A stretch of 64,000 nucleotides of DNA, taken from assembly GCA_951406725.2 (NCBI GenBank), contig OX597819.1, forward strand, positions 108,810,001-108,874,000, in the 5' to 3' direction. The translations under genes and the position numbers were made by a program. This stretch comes from Octopus vulgaris. Its lineage: Eukaryota. A model generated the notes under the pieces. That model ran no database searches and was not told the DNA's origin. It saw nothing but the letters and a program-made list of their open reading frames with translations. This document shows, one piece after another, positions 39,435-52,950 of this stretch (the stretch's first letter is position 1; each line of letters begins with the position of its first letter).

Positions 39435-40711
39435 TATCAGATCGTTAAGAACGAAATGTCCAATTTTCTTATGTACCAAGTTTGGCAGTTGTTAACACTA
39501 ATGTTTTATCATTTCAATTCTTTGTTTTACAACATTGAAGAGTTACATCATCACTTTTCAAAATGCAGTTCATGGTGTCTGATTATATTGTGAATTTTCT
39601 CTTGTAAATCAATTTTTGTGAACCCATGGATAGATCAAAAATTCATGTTGTTTATGAATACGAGTTCTGCCATGGAACCAATGCATCCCAGACAGCTTGA
39701 AACATCAGTGAGGTGTTTGGTGAAGATGTGACGAATGAGCACACTGTACATGGATGGCTTGAGAAGTTCCAGTCTGGTGACTTTACTCTTGAAAATCAGC
39801 CCTGAAGTAAACCTGAAACCAAGGTGGATAATGATGAGCTGGAAACTGTATTGGAAGCACATACATGTCAGACTATGTGTGAGTTAACAGCAAGGTTCCA
39901 ACTGTATTGGACCACCTGAAACAAATAAGCAAGGTAAAGAAGCTGGACAAGTGGGTACCACATGAACAGGGTGAGTATCAAATGACACGTCGTCTTGAAA
40001 CTTGCTGTTCTTTGCTGTCACGGCATAAAAGCGAACCATTTTTGCATCATATTGTTACGTGTGATGAATAATGAATTCTTTTCAACAATAGCAAGTGTTC
40101 TGCATGCTGGTTGGATAGAGACGAAGCACCAAAATACAATCCAAAAAAGAATATCCACTGAAAAAAGCTAATGGTGTCTGTTTGATGATCCAGCACTGGT
40201 GTCATCCACTACAGCTTCATGAGACCTGGTAAGTCAATTACAGCAGATGTATGCATCAACCACTGGATGAGATGCTGAGTGAACTTGCAATTAACCAACC
40301 GAGATTGGTCAATAGAGACAGGTCAATTCTCTTGCAAGACTATGCTCGACCACATGTTGCGCAAAGAACACTACTCTAGTTACAGGAACTGAACTTGAAA
40401 TTACTCTGTCATCCACCATATTCACCAGACCTTGCACCAGCTGACTATCATGTTTTCCAAGCATTGGACAATATATATTGCCAGGTAAAAACTTCAAATC
40501 TGAAGAAGATGCAAAAACAGCCTTTCATGATTTCATCACCTCTTGCTCTCCAGAATTCTTCACTGCCAGCATACATAAGCAACCAATAAAATGGCAAAAT
40601 TGTGTTGATAACTTAGGTGTATGCTTTGATTAACTGCATTGCTTTTTGTTGAGATAAAGTAACATAAACTTTCAGTTCAAAATTAGACATTTCATTCTTA
40701 ATGACTTGATA
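39435..40711 (+). mobile_element. Mariner (Tc1/mariner) DNA transposon, full length ~1.28 kb, decayed transposase
   Basis: TIRs TATCAGATCGTTAAGAACGAAATGTCCAATTT / AAATTAGACATTTCATTCTTAATGACTTGATA. Motifs WVPHE, IVTCDE, LQD.ARPH and HPPYSPDLAPADY are present, with multiple stops and frameshifts. Confidence 0.93.
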
Positions 40712-40716
40712 GATAT

Positions 40717-40930
40717 AAGGTGGCAAGCTGGCAGAAACATTAGCATGCCAGGCGAAATGTTTAGTGGTATTTCGTCTGTCTTTACGTTCTGAGTTGAAAT
40801 TCTGCCACGGTTGACTTTGCCTTTCATCCTTTCAGGGTCGATTATTGAGTACCAGTTGTATACTGGGGTTGATCTACTTGACTGGTCCCCTCCCCAAAAA
40901 TTTTGGGCATTGAACCTAGAGAAGAAAAAA
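40717..40930 (+). mobile_element. SINE family A, full length with target-site duplication
   Basis: Full head and core. Flanked by ATGACTTGATAGATATAA (40701) and ATGACTTGATAAGATATAA (40931); the duplicated target includes the end of the mariner TIR. Confidence 0.85.
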
Positions 40931-41163
40931 ATGACTTGATAAGATATAAAGAAATTATATAACAGAATTATTTACCTCCTATATTAAAAAAGAAATATTT
41001 TATTCAAATAAAAATATACATACATATAAAAATTCAGCACATTTTCAACCCTTCTTCTTATTTTACCTCTGTCTCTGTGTGTGTGTGTGTGTGTGTGTGT
41101 GAAATGCTACAGATGATGGTAGTGCATTTTAAACATGATTTGATATCAAAATCTGCAAATTTA

Positions 41164-41380
41164 AAGGTGGCAAGCTGGCAGAATTGTTACTGCACCAGAC
41201 AAAATGTTTAGCAACATTTCTACTAACTTTATGTTCTGAGTTCAAATGCCACCAGGGTTGACTTTGCCTTTCATCCTTTCAAGGTCAATAAAATAAGTAC
41301 CAGTTGAGCATTGGGGTCAATGTAATTAACTTAACTCTATCCTGAATTTGCTGGCCTAGTGTCAAATTTGAAACCAATAT
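41164..41380 (+). mobile_element. SINE family A copy with TSD
   Basis: Full head, core and tail; TGCAAATTT direct repeat on both sides. Confidence 0.85.
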
Positions 41381-43612
41381 ATGCAAATTTGAATATGAAT
41401 CAATGAGAAAATAAATAATTCTCTACCTTCCATAGTTCTTTTGAAACTGCATACTGAGATATGAGTTTTACATGAGGAATTTAATAATATATTTATATAT
41501 TAGATTGCTCTTGCACAATATTCATGATCGACCCTCATTTCTGGACTTGTCAGTTGCTTGTTAAGTCTATGCAGCGTACTTCTAAGTTTGCCAGAAAAAA
41601 TGCCTCTTGGAAGATACAGCAGACTGGAAGTGCACATTGGAAAAGGTTGCAATCTTGCATCTTCCAAGTAAGATGAGGACCTCTCTGCTATCATTTTCTG
41701 TCTCTGTTCACCCCACCCTACTTCAGTAACTTTGGCAAAATCACCAAAACATTATCACAAAAGACATACTACATGAAGAACCAAAAATTATACACCTGGA
41801 GTTTACCTATACCATCTGCAAATCATCATTGAAATATACTACACAGTCCATGGCTGACAAGGATCTTGAACAGTCAGGAATACCAGCTTCAGTATGAATA
41901 GAAGCTGTAGCTCAGTTGAGATATTTTTTGCACAACCAGCAATGGTATTCCACAACTGGAATAGTATGTCCACCAAATGAATTACTCTTGGTTCAAGAAC
42001 AAAAAAAATAATTTTACAAGAATCAAACAATTAGAAGTATTTAACTTGGGAGGGACAGTTTTTTTTTTACGCCTTTTGTGGAACAGATAAAACATTTTTA
42101 ATCAACCTAATTTTGGCCAAAAGCAGATTGCCATAGCAATCTGCCTCATGAATAAGTAGAGTCTCAAAGAATTACACTATATAGAAACCTGTTAAAATTC
42201 AACAGTGGACATGTATCTGTATTTAAAAGAAAAATGCCAGTGTAATTACATGTAAAAAGCACTATATAAAAAGTTGTTATAAATTAAGTCATTTATATTG
42301 TATATATTCATCAGACTGACAACACTGAATAACTCTGCTAGGTCGCACGTGCGTGTGTGTGTGTGTGTGTGTCTGTGTGCTTTTATATACTAATATGTGC
42401 ATGTGTGTAAAATTGTATGTAGATTATCATCATTTAACATCTACTTTTCTACATTTGTATGGGTCAGAAAAAACTTTGTTGAAGCAGATTTTCTATGGCC
42501 AAATGCCCTTCCTGGTGCACCCTTATCTGTTTCCAAATAAGGTAATGTTTCCCATGGCCCGACATGCTTTTTATGTAATACTGGAAAACAAAAACACCCT
42601 TGTTTGTAGGAGGATAATGCTCAACCATCAGATGATATCTAGATAAGAGTACACACACACACACACACAGAAATGTATGCACAGATATACATATATATGA
42701 TGGGCTTCTTTCTGTTTCTGTCTACCCAATCCAGTCACAAGACTTTTATTGGTCCATGGCTAGAAGACATTTGCCCAAGGTACTGCACAGTGAGACTGAA
42801 CCCAAGACCACATCATAATTAAGATGCATCCTTCTTAACAACACAGCCACACGGATCTATTAACCACACAAATATCACACACACAGAATATCACGTACAC
42901 TTGCACACAATCACACGCACAGTCATAAAAGAATAATGAAATATGCGAAAGAACAACAGGGACTTCTAGACATAACTTTATAATACTGTTCAAGTTGCGT
43001 TGTTTTCTCATTAACTTCGCTGGCAATATATTTCTGGTAGACTTTCTTTTGATGAGACTGGTATACATACATCTCTTTACGTGCCGCATGAATCTCTCCC
43101 TCTCTCTTTCTCTCTCACACATACATACATTCTTGTTTGTATGTACTAAACGGGAGAAATTATATTCAATGCGCATGAGGGATCGCATGAAGCGAAAACC
43201 TCTTCAGTAGTGACAGAGTGAATCATCAGCTGAGAACGAATATACATGCATCGTAAATTGTCGGCAGGAATTGTTCATGATTCTTCTTTTTATAAATATT
43301 TTGTAAGCATTGTATACAAATACACATGTATATCTTCGCTGGTTAACTTTCATGAATTAAACATCCTTTTATTACCGATCACGACAGAGTTTAAATGGTA
43401 AATCTACATTTAGGTGACCCACTGAGTTAGCTGTTCGTAACTTTCTGAAAAATGCATGTTATTTACTGAAATTTTGCAGATATTTTCTTCGAGGGTGTAC
43501 ATTACGATTATGCCGAGAAGATTTAGAAGAATTAATTTGAAAGAGTTTCGGATCATTCTTCATCACACAAATTTCCGTAACTTTAGCGTTTTTCATTTTT
43601 TTTAATTGCAAT

Positions 43613-43644
<32 letters not shown>

Positions 43645-45069
43645 GTTAAAACATTATACATATCGAAAGCATATTTCTGGAAAAGGTGATTTTAAAATAT
43701 GCCTTTTAAACAGAGATATGAGAAAATATACTCAACTAAAATACAAAGTAGCCATCATAATAAAAAAAGCCAAGCACTTGTCTCCGGTGTATCTATGGTA
43801 ACATCTATTGGCCGAATGCGTGTGTGTCAGTGCAGATTTGCGTCGCTATATATAAATATATTCTACTCCGGGATGCATTTATCATTCGTTGTCATTGCTT
43901 ACAGGAGAGCCATAAATGTCACAACATCATTTCCCCGACTCAGTTACACTAATATCATCATCATTTTAATTCCCCCTTTTCTATTCTTGCACGGAATGGA
44001 CGGAATTTGCTGAGGTGGATTTTCTACAGTTGGATGCCCTTCCTGTCTCCCGCTCTCGCCAGTTTTCTAGTTGGGTAATATTTATCCATGGAAATGACAT
44101 GTTTACATGGAAGCTTGGAAACGAAGGATGCCTCTTGCATGATGGTGACATTAGTTTACAACTATCACGTGAAGATAAGGCAAAGAGACGTATGCACACA
44201 CACACACACACATGACCTTCTCGAATGGTGCTTTTTATGAGCCACTGGCATGGAGGCCAATCCGTGGCCCTGGCAACAATCAGATGTTCTTTTAATGTTC
44301 CACTGGCACAAGTGTCAATTAGGCGGTACTATCATCAGCCACGTCAGTGATTTTGATTTTGATTTCACTTGCCTCAATAGGTCTTTGCAAGTTTATTGTC
44401 CAATGAATGAGGAGTACTCATAAGTGGGCTGGTTACACCCCAAGCTCGGATGTGCATTTAATGTTCCACTGGCATGAGTGCCAATCAGGTGATGCTGTCA
44501 TTGGCCATGTCAGCGATTTTGATTTTGAATATATATATATATGTATATACATGCACATATATATACATACACATATATATAAACTACCTTTATGTTCATA
44601 TTAGAAATGAGAAAAATTGAAGTTTCTCTTTAGCAAAGAAACTCTAAATCTTGATTTCCCTTTTCCTTAAACTACCGTTGAAGAAATATATACCATAGTA
44701 TATTACTGATATTATTACAGATTTACTGCTTGTGAAAACTAATGAAAAGTAAGTAATCTCAGATGGAATTGAACTAAGCAGGACAGAAAAGGAAAATCAT
44801 GTGTAGTCATAGAGGTTAGATGCCCAGCAGATGTGAACATCTCTTCCAAAATCACCAAGAAGAATAATATTCATGAATAACTGCATCAAAAGTTGCAGTT
44901 CTTTTTTTCTCTTTTCTTTTCTTCTAGCTCTAAGGCTTTTAAGGCTGGTACTTGGATTCCATGGTAAATAAGTAACAGAGATCACAACATCCTTCTTGAA
45001 TAGGACACTAGTCCATTACAGCATACAAGGTCAGTAATACTTTTGAAGGAAGTGGGCCAATCAATTGCC

Positions 45070-45320
45070 AGGCTCATGGCTAGTGTTTAGGGTGTTGGAC
45101 TCATGATTGTAATAAGATTGTGGTTTCAATTCCTAGACCAGGTGACAAATGTTTTTGAGCAAAACACTTCATTTCACATTGCTCCAGTCCACTCAGCAGG
45201 CAAAAATGAGTAATCCTGTGGTGGACCAGTCTCCCATCCAGGTGGGGAATTTATACGCCATGGAAACCAGGAAACCAGCCCTTATAAGTCAGCATGACTC
45301 AAGAAGGTAACCTTTACTTT
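45070..45320 (+). mobile_element. SINE family C (tRNA head, V-domain-like segment)
   Basis: tRNA-like head with GTTTCAATTCC, then CACTTCATTTCAC.TTGCTCCAGTCCACTCAGC, CCTG.GGTGGACCAGT..CCCATCCAGGTGGGGAA and AAGAAGGTAAC tail. Homologous to 53380 and 59135. Confidence 0.7.
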
Positions 45321-46489
45321 ATAGAATTTAATTGCACTTTATTTCATTGACCCTGAAAGCTGGATTTGAATGCAGGATATAAAAAACCAAAAGAAATACC
45401 ACTGGGCATTTAGTCTGACATGCGATGATGATGTACACATGTACTTCAGTGATGTCATGAATTCTGAGACACCAGTGTTTTGGCATGATTGTTTCTTTTT
45501 AGTCAGACACACCTCTGGAACTCTGAAGCGAAACAAAAATGGTCATTCTTATGTATAGGATTTGACAAGCAAAATATTTGCCTGTCAAGCTGTTATTTAG
45601 TTATTTAGCTTCAGTCTCTGACTGAAGAAGTACAATTGTGCCCAGACACCAGTGTCTTGGAGTGTGCTACATCACTGAGGTGTGTGTGTTGTTGATACAT
45701 ATTGCTGAAAGGGAATTATTCTTAGTAGACAAAATTCCAACAGTAGATAACACATTTATGACCAAGTCTGCTGTAAGGAGTTATGAATGAATATACATAC
45801 TGGTTTGTTTCATGCAGTTTGCCAAGCTCATAATAATTTCAAATAAAAATCATCATCATCAACAGCAGCAGCATTGCTTAATGTTTGTTTTCCTTATTGG
45901 CTTGTATTGGACAGTTTGGCAGAAACCAGTATGCTGGAGGACTCCACCAAAGTCCTATATCTGATTAGCAAGGTTTCTACAACCAGATGTCTTGCCTAAC
46001 ACTAACTACTTTACAGAGTGTAATGATTGCATTTTTGTGGTACCTCTGCTGTATTCAGTTCATGAATCTGAGGTACATCAGGAGTACCACCCAAAGATTA
46101 AACAGCAAAAGCAAATTAACAGCCATTTAACAAAAAGGAAACCAACTCAAATACTGAACATTTTTTGAGATTAAAGCATTGTTTAAACATAAAATTCAAG
46201 TAAATATAAAATGAAAGACTACATTAAATGAAATAAAAGTTAATGAAATAAAAGAATGAAAAGTTAACCCTTACAGAATTTATTGAAGAAACATTGTATC
46301 TACAGAATAGGATCGAAACCAAAAATCCAAATTCAAAATTTATTGAAATTTTGTTCTTAGTAACAAAATTGATTCTACAAGATCTGCATTCATAGAAGTT
46401 CTTGAATCTGATTTGATTATTTTTAAATTGTCATCTGTGAAATTAATCAAATTAGTAACTGTAAAATTGGAAATTTTAATGATTTCCAA

Positions 46490-46770
46490 TGACTTCCATA
46501 GACTCTCTCTCCAATGCTGGGCATTGGAGAGAGAATGCTTTGCATGTGTTCTTAGTACTTTTGTCCTTGTGCACCTGCTGCATGCAAAGTCTTCTTTCTT
46601 TGTTTGCCTGCCTGTAAGCCCGCTACATCTCCTGTGCACCCATAATTTATGCTGGGTATATTGTATGGAATTCCTCCTAGTTCTTTTCTACACATCATGC
46701 ATGGCTTTTTAGCTGATGGTATCAAAGTCCCATTTTCTCTCCTACTCCTCTATGCTCTAGTCTTGCTAAG
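46490..46770 (-). mobile_element. RTE-like LINE fragment (Cys/His-rich insert region)
   Basis: The minus strand gives KLWVHRRCSGLTGR...FACSRC, a segment seen in invertebrate RTE-X-type elements. Confidence 0.5.
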
Positions 46771-46801
46771 ATTACATAGACATACATAAATACACATATA
46801 C

Positions 46802-46838
<37 letters not shown>

Positions 46839-47403
46839 TGCACACACATGCGCACACTCACAAATGTATGCACATGTATTTATGTGTATATGTCTATATG
46901 TACATTTATGCTGCATCATTTAAAAAGCACTCAGTACGAGACCCTGTAAAGTGGCTGGCATTAAGAAAAGCATCCAGCTGTAGAAACCATGCCATAACAG
47001 AAAATGGTATAGCTCTCCAGCTTGCCAGTTCCTGTTAAACTGTCCAACCCATTCCAGTCTTAAATTCTTCTCTTATAGCTTGAAGGAATACAATGAACAG
47101 AGTAAGGTTGGAGGCTGAAATTTGATGTACCCTTCCTTCATTTTGGATTCATCGCTATATTCATCACCAACTTTCTCCTAACTCATATTACTAACAACAG
47201 TCATAACTGTAGCTTGTACCTCTTTCACAAGCTATTTATCTACTCCAAACTTACTAGGTGAACACCAGATCACAGAGCATAGAGCCATTTAAAGGCTTTC
47301 TTTGAATCAACAAATACCATGCCTGGATTTTTTTTTTTATTCCACCTCTATCTTGTTATATGCATCTATCAATTAATACAACTCAATTACTAACATGTAA
47401 ATA

Positions 47404-47620
47404 TTCTTTTCTATTCTAAGCACAAAGCCCGAAATTTTTGGGGAGGGGGCCAGTCAATTAGATTGACCTCAGTATGCAACTGGTACTTAATTTATTGACC
47501 CTGAAAGGATAAAAGGCAAAGTCGACCTCGGAGGAATTTGAACTCAGAATGTAAAGACAGACGAAATACCGCTAAGCATTTCACCCAGTATGCTAACGTT
47601 TCTTCCTGCTCGCTGCCTTA
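47404..47620 (-). mobile_element. SINE family A, full length
   Basis: Similar to the copy at 2020-2232; flanked by ACTAA.AT.TAAATATT direct repeats. Confidence 0.85.
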
Positions 47621-48220
47621 CTAATATATAAATATTAGAAATGCCCTGGGTAGTGATGGTAAGATGAAAGCTGAAGTGTAATCAAATGAATGATACAGGG
47701 GGATAAAGAGAAAGAGGAAGAGGAGGCATTAAAGCAAATGTGCATGAGTTGTAGGAGGGATTATCAATTATTAGGTGTTAAATTGAAGAAAAAGGAACAT
47801 TTAAAGAACTATTTAAAATTTAAAGTTAACATTTATATATTGGCATTGTTTCCAATATTTTTCCCATTGATTTTGGAAAAAACTGCAAGAAAAAATTTGT
47901 AGTTTATCAAATTCTCAACTGGATTAAATAGTTAATACATACATACATAGACATACATAAATACACACATACATATATATATATATATATTCACACACAC
48001 AGACACACACATGCACACACTCACAAATGTATGTATATGTATTTATGTGTATAAGTCTATACATACGTTTGTGCTGTGCCACTTAAAAAGCACCCAGCAC
48101 ACCCTGGCATTAGGAAAAACATCCAGCTGTAGAATCCATGCCATAACATAAAATGGCTTTCCAGCTTGCCAGTTCCTGTTAAACTGCCCAACCCATGCCA
48201 GCAAGAAAAATGGATGTTAA

Positions 48221-48252
<32 letters not shown>

Positions 48253-48532
48253 AATGTCTCCTTGTCTTGACATCATACAGTAGTTGTAGACTGAATATCC
48301 CAATGTTGTTTGTTTCTAGTCTACTGTCAAAATATTGCTCTACTTGGGAAGAGGTGAAGGTTGGCAAAAGGAACAGCATCAGCTGTAGAAAATCTGTCTC
48401 ATTGAACTCTGACCATCTGACCCATGCAAGCATGGAAAAGCAGATGTTAAATTGATGATACTAATGATGATAATGATCAATGTTGATGATACATTCGTAC
48501 ATACATACATACACATATGTGCTGGCATGGCA

Positions 48533-48880
48533 TAGGCACAGGAGCAGTTGTCTGGTAGGACATTTGCATCCTAACCACATGGTTCTGGGTTCAGTCTCAC
48601 TGCATAACATCTTGGTCGAGAGTCTTCTTTTATAGTCTTGGGCTGACAAAGGTTTTGTGAGTGGATTTGGTAAATGGAAACTGAAAGAAGTCTGTCATGT
48701 GTGTGTGTGTGTTTGTGTGTGTGTGTCTTTGTGTTTGTCTCTAAACACTGCTTGATATAACTTAGAAGTTCTGCAAAAGATACTGATAGAATAAGTGCCT
48801 TGCTTTAAAAAAAATTCTTCAAGATGGTGCACCAGTATAGTTGCAATCTAATGACAGTAACAAGTTAGATATGATATATC
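48533..48880 (+). mobile_element. SINE family B, degenerate copy
   Basis: AACCACATGGTTCTGGGTTCAGTC, TGTGAGTGGATTTGGTA.ATGGAAACTGAAAGAAG, (GT)n and GATAGAATAAGT segments. Confidence 0.75.
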
Positions 48881-48945
48881 ATTTTGATTTTTTTCATTTT
48901 CATCTAGTTTCAGCTCACGAGCTGTGGCCATGCTGGGGCACCACC

Positions 48946-48994
<49 letters not shown>

Positions 48995-49052
48995 CGCGAC
49001 ATCCTTTGTGTTCTGTTTTTTATTTCATTTGATACACACACACACACAAACA

Positions 49053-49094
<42 letters not shown>

Positions 49095-49351
49095 AATATA
49101 CATGTATATATAACAAGTGTCTATGAAGTTTCAAAGTTTCAAAAGAGGTCATTCTTTCTCAGAGATGTATTTCATCCAAGTGTACACCCATTTTGTTGGA
49201 ATGTTGATTAATTTTCCTGGAATTTGTTAATTTGTGTTAGTATTAGGGCTTATTGATGGTTCTTTTTCAACATCAGTACTTTACACTTATGAAGTTCCAG
49301 TTGTTATTATACATGTTTTCATTCATCCAATATATATATATTTTAAAAATT

Positions 49352-50567
49352 TTATTTAGTTTCAGCTCACAAGCTGTGGTCATGCTGGGGCACCGCCATT
49401 TGGTATTGCTACATGATTTTACTTCACGAATGCTTTTTAGCAAATGCCATCTGGTGCATGAGAGAGTTCGATGCAGCTACCCTCATCTGCACCTCCTGCC
49501 GTGAAGTTGGTTCATCTAGGACACCTGACAAGAAGAGATCCAGTTTCATTTTAAAGACATCTGCATCCACCCCATGCAGGTCTCTTAGGTTCTTCGGGAG
49601 GATATTGAAGAGCTGTGGGCCTCGGAAGCCCAGGCTATCACAGTATCTTGTCCTACATCTTGATGGCAAATTTGGAGTCCTTGGTACTATGCAGTGGCGC
49701 CCAGTTCTGGCATTTGTGTAACTCTCGATGCCAAAGTTTGGGACAAGTCCTTCTAGGATCTTCCAGATGTATATTATGGCATATCTTTCTCGCCTACACT
49801 CTAAGGAATAGAGTCTCAATCTCTTGAGTCTTTCCCAATAGCTTATATGCTGCACAGAGGCTATCTTCTTTGTGTAGCTTCGTTGGATAGCCTCAAGTTC
49901 TGTGATTAACTTGACACTGGATGGTGACCATAGCTGAGAGCAATAGTCAAAGTGGCTTAGGACAAGTGTCCTCCAGAGGACCATCATGGTTTCCTGGTCT
50001 CTTGTTCTAAAGGTTCTAAGAATCCATCCGGTCAGCTGCCTACATTTCATTGCCAATTTAGCAACATGCACATGAAAGGTTGCATCATCACTCATGTAAA
50101 TACCCAGGTCTCGCACTGATTGTGCTTCTGGGATTGCAATCCCTCCAGGTCCAGTGTATTTATTGGGTATTGCATTTAGTTTTGCATGCTGATAGTATAA
50201 AGCTTGAAACTTTTCAGCATTGAACTGCATGCTATTCTTTTCAGCCCACTTGTATATTTTGTCCAGCTCACATTGCAGGTGCTTAGTGTCTTCAGGGTTC
50301 TGTATTGCCTGTGAAACTTTTGTATCATCTGCATAACTTGTGATCGTGGCTCTCTGCATGGCTGAGTGCATGTCTGAGAGGGCCATTATGAACAGTAGTG
50401 GTCCCAGAACAGTGCCTTGTGGAACACCGCTCACTATTATCCTGACTTCTATCCATCAGAAAGTCATGAAGCCATTCTCCCAATTTTCCAACTATGCCAA
50501 GATCACGCAGTTTGTGACATATCATTCCATGATCGACTTTATCAAAGGCCTTTGCAAAGTCGAGATA
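49352..50567 (-). mobile_element. CR1/L2-group LINE, 5'-truncated, with a 336-aa open RT C-terminal segment
   Basis: DFAKAFDKVDH (upstream, other frame), SGVPQGTVLGPLLF, YADDTK, VRDLG and LYSLECRRER. 3' UTR ends in a stem-loop plus AAACTAAATAAA; a second tail-only copy lies at ~48905-48948. Confidence 0.92.
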
Positions 50568-50811
50568 TAGGAGGACATAATTTAAATAATGTAATATAAA
50601 ATATTTTTATTTATATATTTTATTTTTTTTATTCTTTTGACAAGTGAGTAGAGAGAAGAGTAGCAGCTATCCTCTAAAACATAATGATCAAAATTCCATT
50701 AAGGGTGAATAGTAGTATGACCTGGTTCTTCAGGACTGCAACTAGCCATTGCCCACTATGGTCATCGTTTAACTTCTAGCAATTTTTAGAATAGAATCCA
50801 AAGACACACAT

Positions 50812-50856
<45 letters not shown>

Positions 50857-51069
50857 CTGCTATTCAGTCTGTAATGAACTCTCCATCCATTAGGATGTAA
50901 ATGAACGTATGTCACTTTTGTCCCAAAGAGATTTTTACCCTTAAAATTCATAATGCAATTTTAATTGAAAAACATGAGTGAAGGTGAGAAATTGAAACGT
51001 GCATAGGTGACATTAAATTGACTATTATATAAATAAATTGATTTCTGTATTCACACTCCATTTTCTTTA

Positions 51070-51075
51070 TATTAC

Positions 51076-51107
<32 letters not shown>

Positions 51108-51199
51108 TATGTATGTATGTATGTGTATATATATGTATGTATGTAAGTATGTATGCATGCATGTACGTATAATATATGTATGTATAATATATATATATT

Positions 51200-51241
<42 letters not shown>

Positions 51242-51685
51242 CATACAAAAGTAGAAACATTCACATATACATAAACGAGCATACATATAGGTTTAGGGGC
51301 ACAATAACTGAAATGCTGTATTGAATGCCTTGTGGTTTTCTTTTTGACTACTAAGAGTTCAAATCCTATTGGAGCCAAGTTTACCTATCATTCTTTCAAA
51401 GTTAATAAACATAGCACCAGTTCAGTACAGCGGGTAATATTTCTCCTCTTCTACTCATCTTTGTGTGTGTGTGTGTGTGTCTGTCTGTCTCTCTCTATCT
51501 GTCTGTCTCTCTCTTTCTCCTCTATATATATCTTTTTGCTTCCTTTCATTTTATTCTCTATAGAAGAAATCAGCTTAGGTTAGATCAGGAGAGTGAAGGG
51601 CTTCGTCAGATTTTATAATGCCCAAGGCGTGCTGCATTTTATGACTCCATCAGGAGTGGAGGGCCCAAGACATACATACATACAT

Positions 51686-51718
<33 letters not shown>

Positions 51719-52562
51719 TACATGCATACATGCATGTATACAGACATAAACATATAATATATATTTGTATATATATGTATATATATATATGTGTGTATAT
51801 ATATAGATGTATATATATATATGTGTGTGTGTGTGTGTATATATATATATAGATGTATGTATGTATGTACATACATACCTATACAGACAGACACACACTC
51901 ATGTATGCATATATATACACACACATATATGCATACATACACACACACATATATATATATGTTATATATATATATATATACATATATATCTACTGAGATG
52001 GGTTTACTTCATACGAGGCTTGAAAATGCGGAATGCATACTATCAAAAGAAGGCAGACTAGACACAATATATATCAAGATACCGAGAAGAGGGCAAAAGA
52101 AACAGATGCAGGGAGTGAAGAGTAGGGAACAGATTTTTTTTTCATGAAAGGCATTTCAGCTCCACTTAAACCTTTTACATATATATTTCTTTCCAAAATG
52201 ATAAAAAAAAAACAAAAAAACAAGTCATAAAACTGTAGGAAAAAAAAGCAGGAAAAAATAAAAAAACAAGAATAATAGAGAAGAGAAATAGCAGCATAAA
52301 TGAAGAAAGAAAAATATTGATCTAGTATTTTTTTGTTCATCGTCTCTTCTACATATTCTACTCTATTTAAGGTACGATCACATCACATGCTTCTAACAAA
52401 TTTCCTTAATGATATCCCGTTGTGTACTGCTGGTTCATTCATTCCTTTACTCGCTCATTCATTCACCCAGCTCTTGCTTCTGCTAGCCAGGAAGGTGCTT
52501 TATGTAATTAGCTTACTCTTTCTTTCTGTCAGTATATATATATATATGTATGTATTATATAC

Positions 52563-52593
<31 letters not shown>

Positions 52594-52647
52594 TGTGTGT
52601 ATGTATGTATGTGTGTATATATGTGTGTGTGTATGTATGTATGTATG

Positions 52648-52678
<31 letters not shown>

Positions 52679-52950
52679 GGGTATGTATGTATGTGGGTAT
52701 GTATGTATGTATCTATGCATGTATGTATGTATGTATGTGTATGTATGTATGTATGTATGTAAGTATGTATGTATCTATGCATGTATGTATGTATGTATAT
52801 ATGTATGTACGTATGTATACAGATACATACATACACACATACATACATATATTCACAAGCACACACATACATATGTGTGTGTATGTGTGTGTATGAGGGG
52901 GTGTGTTTGTGTGTGTGTGTTATATTGTATTATATATATTTATGTATGTA
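51070..52950. repeat. Compound (TA)/(CA)/(TATG)n microsatellite blocks
   Basis: Long low-complexity tracts at ~51070-51245, 51670-51990 and 52535-52950; a similar block lies at 31343-31525. Confidence 0.95.

Noticed and set aside
49120-49170. Minus-strand CTGAGAA...GAAAC motif between microsatellites
   Set aside because: The core is non-canonical and the helices are unconvincing; it is too degenerate to call.
49424-50434. 336-aa ORF as a host gene
   Set aside because: It is the RT C-terminal part of a 5'-truncated LINE with an upstream frameshift or deletion and a LINE-type tail.
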